DNA of 34,945 bases, taken from the IMG/VR virus record IMGVR_UViG_3300035561_000189, positions 1 through 34,945 of that record; one strand, written 5' to 3'. The position numbers and the translations under genes are program-made. The DNA comes from a virus. Taxonomy: Duplodnaviria; Caudoviricetes. Position 1 is the first letter of the stretch. Each line of letters starts with the position of its first letter. The notes below the pieces were generated by a model that ran no database searches, was not told the origin of the DNA, and saw only the letters and a program-made list of their open reading frames with translations. This document shows positions 16,642 to 24,956 of the stretch, in pieces.

Positions 16642-18108
16642 ATGTTTAACATCACTATCGACAACAAAATCCGCTTACAGCTTCCCCTGGATGCTAAAAC
16701 CCAGTGGCCCATGTTAATGGAGCAACTTTGCAAAGATATGGTCTTGGATAATCCGGCCTACCGGGAAGCGCTCAAATACGACCGGAGCACCAGGGGAATT
16801 CCGGCCCGGATAGCCCTATGGGAATTCGACCGGGATACACGGATTTTGAGTCTGCCCCGGGGCTACGCCGGGCAGCTTTTGAAGCTTTTAAAACAGCATG
16901 ACGCAGCCTACCAACTGAGCGACACCAGGGTAACCCTGCCGCCGGTCAATTTTAATTCGAAAATCAGTCTGCGGAGCTACCAGAGACCAGCGGTGGAAAC
17001 CCTGCTCAAGGCCACCCAGGGGACCCTCCAGGCCCCAGCCGGCAGCGGAAAGACACAAATTGGCCTGGAGGTCATCGCCAGGCTGAAGCAGCCGGCGCTG
17101 TGGCTGACGCATACGCGGGACTTGGCGGAACAGGCTGCTAACCGGGCAGCGCAGACGCTGGGGATTCTCCAGGGGGAAATTGGAATGCTGGGCGCCAGGC
17201 GAGAGAAAATCGGACCGCGGCTGACTGTAGGTATTATACAGAAGATGGTCAGGACGGACTTGACGGGGATTGCTGGAAAATGGGGAACAGTGGTTATTGA
17301 TGAGGCAGCTCACTCTCCAGCCACGTCTTGGACTGCTGTGATGAATCAACTTCCGGCAAAATATAGATATGGACTGACAGCCGTTCTTGCTCGTGCCGAC
17401 GGCCTGGAGGTCATCACAGAACGGGTCATCGGACCGACGCTGTACGTCATCGGCCGCGGCCAGGTCGAAGCCGCCGGCGGGGTGGTCGTTCCCGAGCTGC
17501 GGGTAATCCGGACGTCCTGCGAGTCCAAGACATGGGAGAGATGCGAGCAGAGGGCGGCGCTCTACAAAGAAAACTGTTGGAAGCCCCCGGCAATCCCGTT
17601 CGGAGACATTCTGGGCGAGGTTTTGAGGGACCCGGAGCGCAACCGGCTGATCATCGACACACTGGCCCGGGAATGCCCAGGACATTGTTCTCTGGTGCTC
17701 TCTGAGCGGGTGAGCCACTGCGAAGAGTTAGCCGCCTGGCTTAAGTCCCGGCGGCCGGACCTGCGGGTTGAAGTAATTCACGGCAAACTGGGCAAGGGAA
17801 AGCGGCAGGAGATCCTCACGGCCATGAACACCGGCGAGCTGGACGTTCTTTTTGCCGTGGATATCGCTAAGGAAGGGCTGGACATCCCCCGGCTGGACCG
17901 GCTGTTCCTGGTGGCCGGCGGTCGCAACCAGGCCGAGGTGGAGCAGAAAGTGGGCCGTATTCAGCGGCCCTATCCCGAAAAAAAGGAAGTGGTGGTGTTT
18001 GACTTTGTAGATGAAAAGATAGGGGTTTTGCAGGCCCAATATTGGGTCAGGCGCAAAGTATATAGGAAGCTTGGGATCAGGTTGGAGAAGGCGGCGAAGA
18101 GCGCCTAG
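16642..18108 (+). CDS. SF2 DExH helicase (UvsW/RadD/XPB-like)
   Basis: LRSYQ, APAGSGKT, IDEAAH, GLTA, EGLDIP, QKVGRIQR. Confidence 0.9.
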   Translation: MFNITIDNKIRLQLPLDAKTQWPMLMEQLCKDMVLDNPAYREALKYDRSTRGIPARIALWEFDRDTRILSLPRGYAGQLLKLLKQHDAAYQLSDTRVTLPPVNFNSKISLRSYQRPAVETLLKATQGTLQAPAGSGKTQIGLEVIARLKQPALWLTHTRDLAEQAANRAAQTLGILQGEIGMLGARREKIGPRLTVGIIQKMVRTDLTGIAGKWGTVVIDEAAHSPATSWTAVMNQLPAKYRYGLTAVLARADGLEVITERVIGPTLYVIGRGQVEAAGGVVVPELRVIRTSCESKTWERCEQRAALYKENCWKPPAIPFGDILGEVLRDPERNRLIIDTLARECPGHCSLVLSERVSHCEELAAWLKSRRPDLRVEVIHGKLGKGKRQEILTAMNTGELDVLFAVDIAKEGLDIPRLDRLFLVAGGRNQAEVEQKVGRIQRPYPEKKEVVVFDFVDEKIGVLQAQYWVRRKVYRKLGIRLEKAAKSA

Positions 18109-18125
18109 AAAGGGGAGGTTAAAAC

Positions 18126-21100
18126 ATGAACCTCTTCGAAGCAGCTAAAAAAGTCTCAATCTTAGACGTCGCCAGAAGTCTCGCTAGAATAAATCCAGAG
18201 AAGGTTGGGACCAATTGGCAGGCGCTATGTCCATTCCATGAAGATACCAATCCATCTTTGTTTTTTGACGATGAAAAGAATATCTTTAAATGTTTCGGGT
18301 GTAACGCGAGCGGTTCAAACATCGACCTGGTTATCACCGCCGGATTAGCCAGAGAATCGAAAGAAGCAGCGGAACTCATCGTCCGGTATTTTGGAATTCC
18401 GGCACAAGAGCAGAATACGTCCCGGAGGAAGCCGCCGGGGGACAGGCGGAGCGAAACCGCCGGGATAAGTAAAACTACTCAGTCTGGGGAATCAAAGAAG
18501 GCGCCCCCCACAATGCACTCAATTGAGAGCGAGTCGCCTTCTGAAAACGAAGATAGACCCTTTACTTTAAAGGATTATTCCGAACTAAAGAAACTACCAA
18601 TAGAGTTCCTAAAGAGTCTTGGCATTTGGGATGATGGCGATAAGGTATGCATCCCTTATTACGGCAAAAATCATGAAGCAGGGAAAGAAGTGGCGAAGTC
18701 CGCGTCTCCAATTACCACCAGTACGGAGGCACGGCGAAGTCCGCAGGTCCAACAGCCGAATGGTCCAACAGCCCTGGTACGATACCGGAGGTGGAATAGT
18801 TTCTGGTGGCCGCCTAAATCGAAGCTCATAATGTATGGGCTCGACCGGTTAGACCTCTTTCCCAGTAATAATCCGAGTAACGACCCGTCTTTTATAATCC
18901 AAGTAGAAGGGGAATCGGATACACAGACCTTGTGGCTACATGGCTACCCGGCCCTTGGGATACCGGGAGCAAGGAATTTCAAAGAAGATTGGACAGAGTA
19001 CATTAAACCTTTTAAGAAGGTGTACCTGCACCGCGAGCCGGACGAAGCTGGACAAATATTTGTAAAGCGCATTACCAGGTTACTTACAAATGCCGGGTAT
19101 GAAGGCGAAATCCTGGTTTTCAGCATTGATGGTTATAAGGATCCAAATGAACTTCATAAGACTTATGCGGATAGCCCGGATAAATTTAGGACTGTATTTG
19201 AGGCTGCGCTTAATACCGCGGTGCCGCCGGCGCCGGAGGATATAGCCGGGTCAAAAGACAAACAGGAGATATATCTTACTGCGGACCAGATTATTGAAGC
19301 CGTGAGAGAAAACCCGGCCGACGTGTTCACGCAGCCGGTTTTAGACAGCCTGGCCAGATTATCTACGCCGGAACTGGCGCAGGTGAAAATGGCCTTGAAG
19401 GGCAAGGTTAGTATGGCCGATTTAAACCAGGCCGTCAGGGAAGAAAAGCGCCGATTGAGGATTCACATAAGGGCCGCAGGGCCCGGGGAACGTTCGGAGG
19501 CGCCGTCGCTGCAGGAAGTTTTGGACGACTGCCCAGCGGATATGCCTATACCAGCTGGCTGGCAAATAAGTGAAGAAGGTGTTTTCGAATTTGTCACCAG
19601 GCAGGGGGAAACCGGTCCCAGCCAGGCCGTAGAGAGGCGCTTCCCCATCCCGGTAGTGCTCACCTGCGTTCAAAAACCGCTCGACCCCGCTGACGAGGGG
19701 ACATCTTACGAGTTGGCCTTTAATAGTGACGGGAATTGGAATAAGACCGCTTTTCCGGCGACAACCCTGTTTGACAAGGTGAAACTGACTTCCACCGCGG
19801 CCGCGGGTTTGCCGGTAGACAGCGAGAACGCCCGGGGGCTCTTGAGATGGCTGGCCGCTTTAAGAGACCTGAAGATGCTGCCATTAAAGCAGGTGGTTAC
19901 CCGCTGCGGCTGGCACAAGAAAATTTTTGTCCTGGGCAGCCGGGTGGTGAAAAAAGATATACCTATAGGGGTATCAGATGTACCTGATGGGGGCATAAAA
20001 GCAGATGGTGTTTCCGGCGCCGACGACACCGGGACGGACAGCCGGGTGGACTGGACATCCTCGATTAAGAGCAGTGAAAAGGAGTTGGTCAATGGATTTC
20101 ATACGAAGGGGGATGCTGAAAAACAAAAGCGGTTGATTATTGAGACGGTGAAAAAGTACCCTCTGGCCGGGTTTTTAATCGGCGCTTCCTGCGCCGGTCC
20201 GCTGATGCGGCTCTTTCACGCCGAAGGCCGGTTGGAAATCCACGGCTTCATTGTGGAAGTGGTTTCAGACCAGGCCGGCATCGGCAAAACGACCGGGCAA
20301 GAGTTGGCGGCTTCTATCTGGGGAAACCCGGGGCGCCTGGTCAGGACTTTCGACCGGACGACCGTAGCCTGGGAAGTGCTTTTACATACGCTGTGCGACA
20401 TGCCGGTGTTCCTGGAAGAGACACAGATGACTTCCCGGGAGGACACGGCTTTAAAACTGGTCTACGCCCTGGCCTTGGGCATGGGCCGGGAAAGGGGCAA
20501 CCGGTCCGGGGGAATGCGGGCGACCAGGCAGTTCTTTAACACGGTGCTGCTATCCTCTGAGCGCAGTCTGAAGACATTTGCCGCCAGGGAAGGAATCGAA
20601 GCCAGGGTAATCACGCTGCCGCCGGTGTTCGGCGGCCGGAGCCCAGAACGCGGGGAAGAGTTGCGCCGGTTGCGGGCGGAGTATTTTTCCCACTACGGGC
20701 ACGCGGGACATGCTTATATCAGTTATCTGGTCGACCAATTGGCCGGCGGGAAATGGGACAGGATTCTGGACTATTACGAAAAGTTCTACGGCCTGCTGGA
20801 CAAGGCTCTGCCCCTGGGTATCGACGGGGAAACGAAGTCTATTGCCATGCGAATGGCTACCCGGGTAGCAGCTTGCTGGACGGGATTGCAGTTATTGCTT
20901 GAAAGCCTGGGGATGGAGTGGAGGGCGGCGCTGGACGTGAGTCTGGCCGCGATGATGAGAGCCTGGGAAAAGATAACCGCGGAGTTGGATACGGTTCCCC
21001 TGTGGAAAAAAGCCCTGGCTGTGATTCAGAGCTATGCTGCGGAAAATGTACACCGGATAGCCGGAATGGAACTGGTGGATGTCAGTGGCCGGGAGCGGTT

Positions 21101-21416
21101 GCCTTCGGGCGGGTATATCGGGGGATTGGTTAATATTGGTGAACGTAAAGCGGTGGGGTTTTTCCCGAACGCCTTTAACGAGACGGTTAAAAAATACCTG
21201 GGCATTGAGGGAGAAACTGTCCGCAAGGGTCTGGTCCGGGAAGGGGTAGTTATCCCGGATAAGGCGGGAAAATCGGCAAGGAACCAGCGCGTTCATCCCG
21301 CTGGTGGCGATTCTTACGTGGCGCGGGTAATCTGTATCCCGGTTGAATGTGTGTTCCCTGATGAGGAATTTAAGAGAGAAAGAACTGAAAAAGAGTTTTC
21401 CTGGGACGATATTTAG
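18126..21416 (+). CDS. primase-helicase (CHC2 Zn finger, TOPRIM, DUF927-like helicase)
   Basis: CPFHED...CFGC; VEGESD; EPDEAG; KDPNE; GWH; AGIGKTT; FLEE. Confidence 0.88.
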   Translation: MNLFEAAKKVSILDVARSLARINPEKVGTNWQALCPFHEDTNPSLFFDDEKNIFKCFGCNASGSNIDLVITAGLARESKEAAELIVRYFGIPAQEQNTSRRKPPGDRRSETAGISKTTQSGESKKAPPTMHSIESESPSENEDRPFTLKDYSELKKLPIEFLKSLGIWDDGDKVCIPYYGKNHEAGKEVAKSASPITTSTEARRSPQVQQPNGPTALVRYRRWNSFWWPPKSKLIMYGLDRLDLFPSNNPSNDPSFIIQVEGESDTQTLWLHGYPALGIPGARNFKEDWTEYIKPFKKVYLHREPDEAGQIFVKRITRLLTNAGYEGEILVFSIDGYKDPNELHKTYADSPDKFRTVFEAALNTAVPPAPEDIAGSKDKQEIYLTADQIIEAVRENPADVFTQPVLDSLARLSTPELAQVKMALKGKVSMADLNQAVREEKRRLRIHIRAAGPGERSEAPSLQEVLDDCPADMPIPAGWQISEEGVFEFVTRQGETGPSQAVERRFPIPVVLTCVQKPLDPADEGTSYELAFNSDGNWNKTAFPATTLFDKVKLTSTAAAGLPVDSENARGLLRWLAALRDLKMLPLKQVVTRCGWHKKIFVLGSRVVKKDIPIGVSDVPDGGIKADGVSGADDTGTDSRVDWTSSIKSSEKELVNGFHTKGDAEKQKRLIIETVKKYPLAGFLIGASCAGPLMRLFHAEGRLEIHGFIVEVVSDQAGIGKTTGQELAASIWGNPGRLVRTFDRTTVAWEVLLHTLCDMPVFLEETQMTSREDTALKLVYALALGMGRERGNRSGGMRATRQFFNTVLLSSERSLKTFAAREGIEARVITLPPVFGGRSPERGEELRRLRAEYFSHYGHAGHAYISYLVDQLAGGKWDRILDYYEKFYGLLDKALPLGIDGETKSIAMRMATRVAACWTGLQLLLESLGMEWRAALDVSLAAMMRAWEKITAELDTVPLWKKALAVIQSYAAENVHRIAGMELVDVSGRERLPSGGYIGGLVNIGERKAVGFFPNAFNETVKKYLGIEGETVRKGLVREGVVIPDKAGKSARNQRVHPAGGDSYVARVICIPVECVFPDEEFKRERTEKEFSWDDI

Positions 21417-21712
21417 TTGTTACACCTTGTTATACCTGAGTTAATTCTGAGTGTAACAGCATGAATTCAGTAAAATCAATAGTTAGAGATATGTTGTTAC
21501 ACTGTTACACTTGTTACACTTAAAGTTAATACAAAACCTTTTTCACGCACACACACGTATACGCGTATACGCGATCATACGATCATAAAAAAAAATATAT
21601 CTATATTGTTTTTAGGTGTAACAAGTGTAACGAACAGGCTAAAGCCTAGAGAAATAAGGATTTTGGGGTTTAAATAAGGTGTAACAGAAGGGGTATTTAG
21701 ATGTAACAGCTT
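21417..21712. repeat. iteron array / probable phage replication origin
   Basis: GTTACA mostly left (21419, 21496, 21504, 21513) and TGTAAC mostly right (about 21618, 21626, 21680, 21702), around the palindrome CGTATACGCGTATACG (21556-21571) and an AT-rich tract. Confidence 0.75.
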
Positions 21713-21801
21713 GATACTTAAGGCTTTCCGTGTTCGGGGAATATATGTTCGGGTAATCAACAAGAATTTCAGCTTAACCAGGTGAATCAGGAGGTGGTCC
21801 C

Positions 21802-22719
21802 ATGCGCCCAAAGCCATGGACAAAACCCTGGACCGACGAAGAGTTAACCTTCCTTCGCGAAAACTGGGGCAAACTGCCCCGCGCCGAGCTGGCCAGGCGC
21901 CTGAATCGCAGTATTCCGAGCATTAACGACAAAGCCGGCACCCTGGGCCTGCGCCGCAAAAAAGAACTCCGGTGGACACCGGAAGATATAACCTTCCTTC
22001 GCGAAAACTGGGGCAAGCTTTCAATTTGCCAGTTGGCGAAAAAATTAAATCGCACGAAACACGGCATTCTGGTTAAGTCCAAGCGCCTGAAGCTAGGCCC
22101 TGTTCAAGACCGAAGTTGCTTTAACAAGCGTGAAATTTGCGGACTCCTGGGCGTGGACCACCGTAAAGTCGATAGGTGGATACAAGCCGGTCTGCTTAAA
22201 GCAAAAGTGGCTAAAACCGGGAGAGAACGGGGCAAGTGCCGGGGAATCATCGAAGTTAAGCCGCGGGAATTCCTTCGTTTCCTTCGGGAAAACCAGAACC
22301 TCTGGGACACCCGGACGGCTGGCGACATCATAAAGGCGGTTCGGGAAAAGGAGTGGCTGGCTGAAAAAATTAAGGTACGGCGAGAAGAGGGAAAAGTGCG
22401 CAGAGAGATACCCTGGCACCTGAAAACGGCGTTTATGGAATTTGTTGCAGAGGTTGCCACGGGGGCGGTAAAGCGAATCAGGGCTGCCCGGCAGGAGCCG
22501 GGGTGGCTGCGGAAGAAGCGGGAACTTGACCAGGCTAAATATTTAGTGCGCCGTTGGACGCCGGAGGAGGATGAAGCCTTGAGGCGGCTATTTAGAAACC
22601 AGGAGTTGAGCTACAGTGAAATCGGGCAGATGCTGAGTAAAACCAGGGGAGCTATTGGTCATCGGTTGGCCAGGATTGATGTTTGGGAAAACGACGACAG
22701 AAAGGCAATAAGACAGTGA
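21802..22719 (+). CDS. Myb/SANT-like repeat and HTH DNA-binding protein
   Basis: WTDEELTFLRENW, WTPEDITFLRENW, WTPEEDEAL; central HTH (KREICGLLGVDHRKVDRWI). Confidence 0.7.
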   Translation: MRPKPWTKPWTDEELTFLRENWGKLPRAELARRLNRSIPSINDKAGTLGLRRKKELRWTPEDITFLRENWGKLSICQLAKKLNRTKHGILVKSKRLKLGPVQDRSCFNKREICGLLGVDHRKVDRWIQAGLLKAKVAKTGRERGKCRGIIEVKPREFLRFLRENQNLWDTRTAGDIIKAVREKEWLAEKIKVRREEGKVRREIPWHLKTAFMEFVAEVATGAVKRIRAARQEPGWLRKKRELDQAKYLVRRWTPEEDEALRRLFRNQELSYSEIGQMLSKTRGAIGHRLARIDVWENDDRKAIRQ

Positions 22720-23114
22720 CCAGGCTAAACGTTAAAGAAGCAAAGAAATTAGGCGTTAACCTCGAACTCGGTGAAATCCGTAGGCAAAAACAGGAACAGG
22801 GCGTAAGTGTTTTCGCTCAAAAGAAAATGAGCGAGGCGGAAGTTTTGATTCAGGTTAGAGCATATCTTGAAGCGACTGGTTGGTTAGTCATGAGGATTCA
22901 CCAAAGCCTTGGCAGCAAACCGGGGCTGCCGGACTTAATTTGCCTTAAAGACGGCAAAACAATTTACATCGAATGCAAGAGCCAGCGCTCTCGCGCAAAA
23001 CTATCCGGAGCGCAGGAGATAATGCGGCAGGAAATTCAAGCGCATGGGGGAGTTTATATAGTGGCCAAGGAAATTGAAGACATAGAAGCAGTTATTAACG
23101 AGGAGGTTGAGTAA
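22716..23114 (+). CDS. VRR-NUC domain nuclease
   Basis: SEAEV...GLPDL...YIECK...LSGAQ. Confidence 0.85.
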   Translation: MTRLNVKEAKKLGVNLELGEIRRQKQEQGVSVFAQKKMSEAEVLIQVRAYLEATGWLVMRIHQSLGSKPGLPDLICLKDGKTIYIECKSQRSRAKLSGAQEIMRQEIQAHGGVYIVAKEIEDIEAVINEEVE

Positions 23115-23198
23115 AATGCCGATTAGAATAGTCTCCAGGGAGGATTACTTGCGCAAATATACAAATGCGCTAAATAAAAAACGAGGCAGGCGACTGCA

Positions 23199-23471
23199 AT
23201 GAGCAGCAGGCGTAGAAAATCAACCGTTATCCTCACTGCTCACGCCGCGCAGAGATATAGAGAACGCGGCGGCCAGGGAGAGTTAACCGCCGGGGAAGTA
23301 CGGCGGATGCTCCTGGGCATGCTCCCGGCGGGCGCGGAAGTGCAAAACGCGGCAATAGAGGTGCCGCTGGGTGGCGGTCTGGTGGCGGTGTGTGTGCCGG
23401 AGTTGGGGGGATTCTGGAGTGTGGTAACGGTGGAAAAGGCGGAAAGGAAACAAAAAGAATGTTCGGCTTAA
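23199..23471 (+). CDS. hypothetical protein (T.HA..RY.ER motif, RelE-like fold possible)
   Basis: LTAHAAQRYRER...VVTV. Confidence 0.6.
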   Translation: MSSRRRKSTVILTAHAAQRYRERGGQGELTAGEVRRMLLGMLPAGAEVQNAAIEVPLGGGLVAVCVPELGGFWSVVTVEKAERKQKECSA

Positions 23472-23574
23472 TTAGTATTGGCGAGTACATTGAATTTAGA
23501 CAACCAGCGGTGTGGCTAATCCTGGTTCGCCGGTACCTGTGCTTCGTCGGGGTAAATTGGCGGGCGGTGAACTG

Positions 23575-23763
23575 GTGACTGCCGGAGGGATATTGTGTTG
23601 GTTAAGAGGCAGGAAAATCTCCATATACGACGAGTGCAAGATGTGTTTATATTATTGCCCTGCCTACGTACGCTGCATACATCCTGAAAAATGCGTGTGG
23701 TGGTACGGAGAAAATTGTCTGGTGAGCGAATACGGCTTTTATTACTGCCCGGAGAAGCGATAA
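23575..23763 (+). CDS. Cys-rich hypothetical protein; start uncertain
   Basis: many Cys/Tyr/Trp; fills the operon gap. Confidence 0.45.
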   Translation: MTAGGILCWLRGRKISIYDECKMCLYYCPAYVRCIHPEKCVWWYGENCLVSEYGFYYCPEKR

Positions 23764-23836
23764 AAATAAACCCCCTCTCCGGGGGCCTGGGCAAACTCAC
23801 TAACCGCAGTTTACCACAGTTGCGGGAAAAAGTCCA
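23761..23836 (-). ncRNA. putative tiny antisense RNA unit
   Basis: TGGACT-17-TAAACT with TG extension, then CCCCCGGAGAGGGGG-TTTATTTTT. Confidence 0.5.
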
Positions 23837-23856
23837 GGCTAAAGGAGGGCGCGGGG

Positions 23857-24303
23857 ATGAAGCTAAGGCCAGACATAAAAGCTTACGTAGAGGCTGAGTT
23901 AAGAGATTACCACCAGACCAGGAAAGATTTAGTCGAAGCCAAAGAGGATATTGCGCTGAGCGGGCCGGTGCTTAATAATTTGGGCATTGTTGTCGGGGCA
24001 AAGACCAACCAGGTAGGTAGGCCAACGGAAGCGAAGACTATCGCTATCCTCACTAATAAACGAATCAAGCGAATGGAGCAGGTAATCAGGGCAATTGAAG
24101 TGGTTACCGGGGAACTTCCGGAGGAAAAAACAAAGCTGGTGCAATTGAAATATTGGCAGCGGCCTAGACGGCTCACGGACGCGGGGATAGCGATGGAGTT
24201 GAATATTGGCCGCAGGACAGTGTATTACTGGGCAGAGGAAATATGTATGGCAATTGCCGTTGAACTTGGTATGGCGAATGAGCGTTGTCGGAAACAGGCT
24301 TAA
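23857..24303 (+). CDS. RinA/ArpU-family late transcription activator
   Basis: YVEAELRDY...PTE...LPEEK..LVQLKYW...IAMELNIGRRTVY; directly before terS. Confidence 0.85.
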   Translation: MKLRPDIKAYVEAELRDYHQTRKDLVEAKEDIALSGPVLNNLGIVVGAKTNQVGRPTEAKTIAILTNKRIKRMEQVIRAIEVVTGELPEEKTKLVQLKYWQRPRRLTDAGIAMELNIGRRTVYYWAEEICMAIAVELGMANERCRKQA

Positions 24304-24306
24304 TTG

Positions 24307-24350
24307 TTTGCACAAAGTTTGCACTTTTGGGGTTATAAAATGTGGTATGA
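24307..24350 (+). promoter_or_regulatory. late promoter with activator repeats
   Basis: TTTGCAC twice, then TGTGGTATGAT extended -10. Confidence 0.55.
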
Positions 24351-24416
24351 TTGTATTATAGCGAAGCCGTCCGGTGAGGCGGCTTTTGTGTTTGGCTAAA
24401 AAACGGGGTGGTGATG

Positions 24417-24956
24417 ATGGCCAAGCTTACAGCAAAACAGCAGAGGTTTGTAGACGAGTACCTGGTTGACCTAAACGCTACCCAGGCGGCTATTCGTTCC
24501 GGTTATAGTGTTAAGAACGCCGGTAAAATTGGTTCACAGTTGCTAGAGAAAACTAGAATTTTCAAGGCGATCTCAATAGCTCTGGCTGCCCGGTCCCGCC
24601 GTACCGGCATCAACCAGGATCGGGTTTTGCTTGAGCTTGCAAAGATAGCTTTTGTGAATGCTGTCGATGTTATCAACATGGATAGCGCCACGGTCTGGGG
24701 TGATGCAAACCGGGAAGATACTGCAGCAATTGCCAGCGTAAAGGTTAAGACTGTTCCGACTGAAACAGGAGACATTACGGAAAGAGAAGTTAAACTTTAC
24801 GATAAACTAAAAGCGCTTGATTTAATAGGCAAGCACTTGGGGATGTTTAAAGAAAAGGTGGAGATTACTGTCCTGGAAGAGCTTCTCGGAGCCTTAACAG
24901 AAGCATCTGAAAGTGGTAATGGTCAACTACCCCCGTCTAAAGACGGAGGCTTGTAA
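24417..24956 (+). CDS. terS: terminase small subunit (C-terminus altered by IS)
   Basis: LTAKQQRFVDEYLVDLNATQAAIRSGYS...KLKALDLIGKHLGMF. Confidence 0.92.
   Translation: MAKLTAKQQRFVDEYLVDLNATQAAIRSGYSVKNAGKIGSQLLEKTRIFKAISIALAARSRRTGINQDRVLLELAKIAFVNAVDVINMDSATVWGDANREDTAAIASVKVKTVPTETGDITEREVKLYDKLKALDLIGKHLGMFKEKVEITVLEELLGALTEASESGNGQLPPSKDGGL

Noticed and set aside
16888-17718. 276-aa minus-strand ORF
   Set aside because: Antisense shadow of the GC-rich helicase gene.
21417-21712. CRISPR array
   Set aside because: Repeats are 6-8 bp, irregularly spaced and inverted; there is no repeat-spacer periodicity.
21845-22016. Diversity-generating retroelement TR/VR pair
   Set aside because: Short identical in-gene repeat; no reverse transcriptase and no A-specific mismatches.
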